Positions 59,594 to 64,000 of a DNA stretch of 64,000 nt are shown here, one piece after another. Under the pieces are notes generated by a model, which ran no database searches, had not been told where the DNA came from, and saw only the letters and a program-made list of their open reading frames with translations. The stretch's first letter is position 1; each line of letters opens with the position of its first letter. Both the position numbers and the translations under genes were made by a program. Source of the DNA: an uncultured Methylomirabilota bacterium (GTDB lineage: Bacteria > Methylomirabilota > Methylomirabilia > Methylomirabilales > 2-02-FULL-66-22); assembly GCA_963845565.1 (NCBI GenBank), contig CAWJSJ010000002.1:1632001-1696000 (forward strand). Direction: 5' to 3'.

Positions 59594-61123
59594 ATGCGCC
59601 AGAGACACGTCCAGCATGGGCGTCGGCTAGGACGAATGCCGGGTTATTGGTGGAGAGGTCTTCTGGGCGTCTGTCTTGCGACGGTTGTTGCGGGTTGCGC
59701 CGTCAATCCGGTGAGTGGTCGGTCGGAAGTGGCCGTGATCTCGGCGGAGAAAGAGCGCGAACTGGGTGACGAGGAGGCCCGCAAGGTCGAAGCGAGCATG
59801 GGACTGGTCACCGATCCTGCGCTCGTCGCCTACGTACAGGCGGTGGGGGCGCGGGTCGCCAAACAGTCCCCCCGGCAGGACATCTCATACACTTTCCAGA
59901 TCGTCAACCAGCCTGAGCCGAACGCCTTTGCCCTGCCCAACGGGAATATCTACGTCTCACGAGGGCTCCTGGTCCTGGCGAATACCGAGGATGAGCTGGC
60001 CGGGGTCTTGGGGCACGAGGTCATCCATGTGGCCGCCCGCCACACCGTCCGCAGCGCGAACGTGGCCGTCGCCACGTCGCCGCTCCGGATCGCCACGGGG
60101 ATCGCCGGCATCGCCACGGGGATCATTGCTCCCCGCGTCGGCGAGGGGATCATGGACCTGGGCGACGTGGCGACCGAGGCCTTCATGGCGCCGTACGGCC
60201 GGAGCCAGGAGCGCGAAGCGGACGACGTCGGCGTCGATCTGGCCGCGCGAGCCGGCTACGACCCCGCTGGACTCCCCCGCATGCTCCAGAGCCTGGGACG
60301 AGAGGAGGCACTCCACAGGGAGGGGCCGCCTCGCCAGAGCTTCTTCGACACGCACCCCGCCACTCCCGAGCGGGTCCAGGAGACGCGGGAGAAGGCTGCC
60401 ACCCTTCGCAAGGCGCCTTCCGCGCCCGTCGCCAGGTCGCAGGGAGAATTCCTGGCCAAGCTGAACGGCCTGCTTATCGGGAACGACCCGGCCGACGGGA
60501 CGTTCCAGGAGACCCGGTTCTTCCAGCCGTCGCTCGGGGTTACGCTGCGCTTTCCGGTCGGGTGGGAGAAGCGCAACACGCCGCGCGCGGTCGTCAGCCA
60601 CACGCGGGACAAGGAGGCGGTCCTGCTCCTCACCGTGGCCGGGAAAGGCGCCGACCCCGTCCAGGTCGCCCGGGAGGCCGAAAAGCAGGCCGGCGCTCCA
60701 CTCCTGGAGGGCGCCAAGACCATGGAGATCAACGGGCTGCGGGCCGTGCGGAATACCGTGACTGCCGAGGGCTCGAACGGGCCGATGACGCTGGATTTCA
60801 CCTGGATCGCCCACCGCGGCATCGTCTACCGTATCGTTGGCTTGAGCCCGGCGCGACGCTTCGCCGCTCACAGGCCTCTCTTCGATGACACCGTGTCGAG
60901 CTTCCGCGCGATGACCTCGGGGGACACGGCGCAGCTCCGAGACATCCGCCTGCGTGTGGTTCCGGCGCGGGCGGGGGAGCAACTGGCGGACATCGCGCGG
61001 CGGACGGGGAGTGCCTGGTCGGCGAACGAGATCGCCGTCGCGAATGCGCTGGCCGCGGACGTCCGACTCGCCGCCGGCCAGACAATCAAGGTGGCCATTC
61101 CTGAGCCCTACCGGCCCCGTTGA
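59594..61123 (+). CDS. M48 metalloprotease lipoprotein with C-terminal LysM-like segment
   Basis: VAGC lipobox, PNAFALP, HEVIH, QEREAD, THP. Confidence 0.9.
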   Translation: MRQRHVQHGRRLGRMPGYWWRGLLGVCLATVVAGCAVNPVSGRSEVAVISAEKERELGDEEARKVEASMGLVTDPALVAYVQAVGARVAKQSPRQDISYTFQIVNQPEPNAFALPNGNIYVSRGLLVLANTEDELAGVLGHEVIHVAARHTVRSANVAVATSPLRIATGIAGIATGIIAPRVGEGIMDLGDVATEAFMAPYGRSQEREADDVGVDLAARAGYDPAGLPRMLQSLGREEALHREGPPRQSFFDTHPATPERVQETREKAATLRKAPSAPVARSQGEFLAKLNGLLIGNDPADGTFQETRFFQPSLGVTLRFPVGWEKRNTPRAVVSHTRDKEAVLLLTVAGKGADPVQVAREAEKQAGAPLLEGAKTMEINGLRAVRNTVTAEGSNGPMTLDFTWIAHRGIVYRIVGLSPARRFAAHRPLFDDTVSSFRAMTSGDTAQLRDIRLRVVPARAGEQLADIARRTGSAWSANEIAVANALAADVRLAAGQTIKVAIPEPYRPR

Positions 61124-61202
61124 GGGACGGGGTTCCGTTGCGTGCCCTGTGAAAGGGGGAATCATGGTCCTGCTCGGCCGATGTCCCGGGAAGGAGGATG
61201 TC

Positions 61203-62445
61203 ATGCGCTACGAGGGAAGGTCGGAAAAAGAAGGAGCAGGCCGGTTCTGTCGGGGGCAGTGGCGCAGAGGCGGGGCCATCGTCTTCATCGGAATGCTGCT
61301 TGGCGTTACGGGAGTATTCCCCCATGTTGCGCCGGCCGCGGAATCGACGCCCGACCGCCATGAACAGATCGTCGCTGCTCGGATCGCGCAGATCCTGCCG
61401 GGCGTCGTGGGGATCATGGTCGAGGTGAAGGCCGAGGTGACCGTCCGATGCGGTCCGAACGACACCTACGTCGTGAAGCCGGACGGGGACAAGCGAGAAC
61501 GGGACCGGCTTTATCATCCACCCGGATGGCTGGATCGCCACCAACGGCCATGTCGTCATGGCGATCCAGAGGCCGGACGAAGACCACGTCACGGACTTCC
61601 TGGCGGCCGCGGCCCAGACTGCCTGCGGCCCGGGACTGAAGAAGCTTCCCGAGAAGCAGCGCAAGGCCAGGATGACGGCAATCCTCAAGGATCCGGAGAA
61701 TCGGAAAGGGGTCACGCTGACCAGGACGCTCGATGTCTATCTCCCGACGGGGGAGGCTCGACAGGGATATGCGGCGACGATCAAAGCCTTCAGCCCGCCG
61801 ATCGACCCCGACCTGTTGCCCAAGGATGGGAGCAAACCGAATCCGCCCATGCTGGATGCGGCCATCATCAAGATCGAGGCCAAAGGTCTCCCCACCGTCC
61901 GTCTGGCATCGAGCGCCTCGCACGCGGTTGCGCTGGGCCAGCAGCTCGTCATCGTGGGGTATCCTGGCGTGGTCGTCTGGCATGATTTTCTCAGCAAGAA
62001 GTCCCGGGCCGAGGCCACGATCACTTTCGGGCGGGTCTCCGCCTTCCGGATGGATGTGAATGAGCGGTGGATTCTCCAGACCGATGCGCCCATCTCCTGG
62101 GGAAACAGCGGCGGCCCCGCCTTCAATATCCGAGGCGAGGTCGTAGCGCTGGCGACCTTCATCTCCACGTCGCTGGAGGGCGATCAGGCCATTCAGGGAT
62201 TCAATTTTCTGATCCCGATCGATTCGATCCACGCGCAGGCGAAGCAACTCGGTGTGACGCCAAGCACGGACAGCCCCTTCACGCGCGAGTGGGATCGGGC
62301 CGTTGAAGCGTTCATCGAGGGGCGATCCAAGGAGGCAATCGCTCACGCGGAGGCGGCCGACAAGCTTGTACCGGGATTGATCGATGTCCAACGGGCCATC
62401 GTGCGGTTTCGCAAGCTCCAAGAGCTCCGAGGGGAGAAACCGTAG
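61203..62445 (+). CDS. Trypsin-like serine protease (frameshift near 61490)
   Basis: GTGF, TNGHV, DAAI, GNSGGP. Confidence 0.85.
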
Positions 62446-62495
62446 GGCGAAACAGCGGGCAGCTGGCGGAAGGCACAGCAGGGGAGGAGGATTGC

Positions 62496-63892
62496 ATGAT
62501 GGGGGATACGTGGAAACCAACGGACCCGGGGCGAGCAGGGGCGGGGCGATTCCCGGTGTGGCTGGCGGTGCTGGCGGTCTGCGCCGGGTTGGCGAGTCCC
62601 GCGGCCGCCGGGACCATCTGGGATCGTGTGACGGAGACGATCTTGCCCAACGGCCTCAAGGTGCTTCTGATCGAAGAGCCCAAGGCGCCCGTGGTGACCG
62701 TCCAGATCTGGTACAAGGCCGGGGCCCGGAACGAGCCCCTGGGCAAGGGCGGCCTCGCCCACATGATGGAACACATGATGTTCAAGGGGACACCCAAGAC
62801 CGGCCCCAAGCAGTTCTCGATCATCGTGCAGCGGAACGGCGGCCAGGATAACGCCCACACGGCGCGGGACGCCGCGGCCTACTACGTGGACTTTGCCGCG
62901 GATCGCGTCAACCTCGGCCTCGAACTCGAGGCGGATCGGATGGTGAACGTCCTGTTCGAGGAGAAGGAGTTCCTGCCGGAGCGGGACGTGGTGTACGAGG
63001 AGCGGCGCCTCCGGTTCGAGGATCAGCCGTCCGCCACCCTGGGCGAGGTGATGCGGGCCACCGCCTTCATGGCCCACCCCTACGGGCGGCCGACCATCGG
63101 CTGGCCCAGCGAGATCAAAGGCTGGACCCTCCAGGATGCCAAACAGTTCTACCAGACGTATTACGCCCCGAATACCGCCACGCTGATCGTGGCGGGCGAC
63201 ATCAAGAAAGACGAGGTGCTCAAGAAGATCACGGAGCTGTTCGGGGCCATCCCCCGCGGGCCCGAGCCGCCACCCATGGTCATCCCCCAGGAACCGCCGC
63301 AGATCGGCGAGCGGCGGGTGTTCGTCCGCAAAGAGGCGGAGCTTCCGATCTTCTTCGCGGTCCACCACGTCCCGAACCTCACCCACGCGGACAGCGCCGC
63401 CCTGAACGTTCTCGCCTACGTGCTGGGCGGGGGGAGAGCGCCCGGCTCCACAAGAAGGTCGTCTACGAGCTGCAACTGGCCTCCTACGCCGGGGCGGACT
63501 ACAACCCGGTGTACAAGGATCCCTATCTGTTCGGCCTCAGCGCCGGCCCCCTGCCGGGCAAGACGGCGGAAGAGGTCGAGCGCGCCATGGTGGCCGAGGT
63601 GGAGCGCGTCCAGCAAGAGCCGATCACCGACCGGGAACTGCAGAAAGCCAAGAACCAGATCGAGGCCGAGTTTGTTTTCGCCCAGGACTCGGTCCACGCG
63701 CTGGCCAATCTCCTGGGTGCGTACGAGTCGGCGGCGAGCTGGAAGCTCCTGACGACCTACCTGGACGGTATCCGCAAGGTGACGATCGCGGATGTCCAGC
63801 GTGTGGCCCGCCAGTACATCGTGTCGGATAACCGGACCGTCGCCATTCTGATCCCGACCAAGCCGGGCGGCGGCGCCCCGCCGGCAAAGTAG
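62496..63892 (+). CDS. M16 (pitrilysin) zinc peptidase (frameshift near 63435)
   Basis: LPNGL, HMMEH (HxxEH), ERDVVYEERR, YYAPN. Confidence 0.9.
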
Positions 63893-64000
63893 GAGGCGTG
63901 TGATGAGAGGTACCTGGAACTGCCGGGGCAAATGGGAATGTCGCACGGTCCGATCGATCGAGCTCCTGGTCGGTGCCGTGCTCCTCATGGGGGCTGTCGC

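Noticed and set aside
20374..63892. Programmed frameshifting or stop-codon recoding in the split genes
   Set aside because: No shared slippery motif or in-frame TGA/TAG, and the affected genes are functionally unrelated. Sequencing error is simpler.
54739..64000. Genomic island integrated at tRNA-Thr
   Set aside because: No integrase next to the tRNA and no duplicated tRNA 3' end seen in the window.

Overview
GC-rich bacterial chromosomal window (style suggests a Methylomirabilota/NC10- or Rokubacteria-like or deltaproteobacterial genome; inference only). It is densely coding. About a dozen genes carry single-base frameshifts that look like unpolished long-read errors. Main blocks: ilvD/GntR, AAA ATPase, GNAT, ZIP, TRAP and URO-D-like genes (0-11.5 kb); a reverse-type integron (intI with a downstream candidate attI, two canonical and two decayed attC sites, a DUF1254-type cassette, an MntA/HepT toxin-antitoxin cassette and two gene-less cassettes) lying co-directionally downstream of lexA, whose promoter holds a candidate new SOS box and whose linker is encoded by a 7-nt tandem repeat (11.6-17.1 kb); a LacI-controlled sugar catabolism and transport cluster with twin operators (17.4-30.5 kb); a dedicated type II fatty-acid cluster ending in a lipid A-type acyltransferase, with a zinc-ribbon-extended ACP, a Cys->Ser ketosynthase and two collapsed gene remnants (35.5-42 kb); an uncharacterised CstA / small protein / ArsA-Get3 ATPase / membrane protein / DUF59-like module with a second orphan copy of two of its genes (42.4-46.4 and 30.6-31.6 kb); then TctCBA, a macro domain, tRNA-Thr(CGT) and a run of exported proteins and peptidases. 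A MITE family, a nested palindrome family and inverted pairs of heptamer arrays fill many intergenic regions. Family names come from motif recognition, not database searches.
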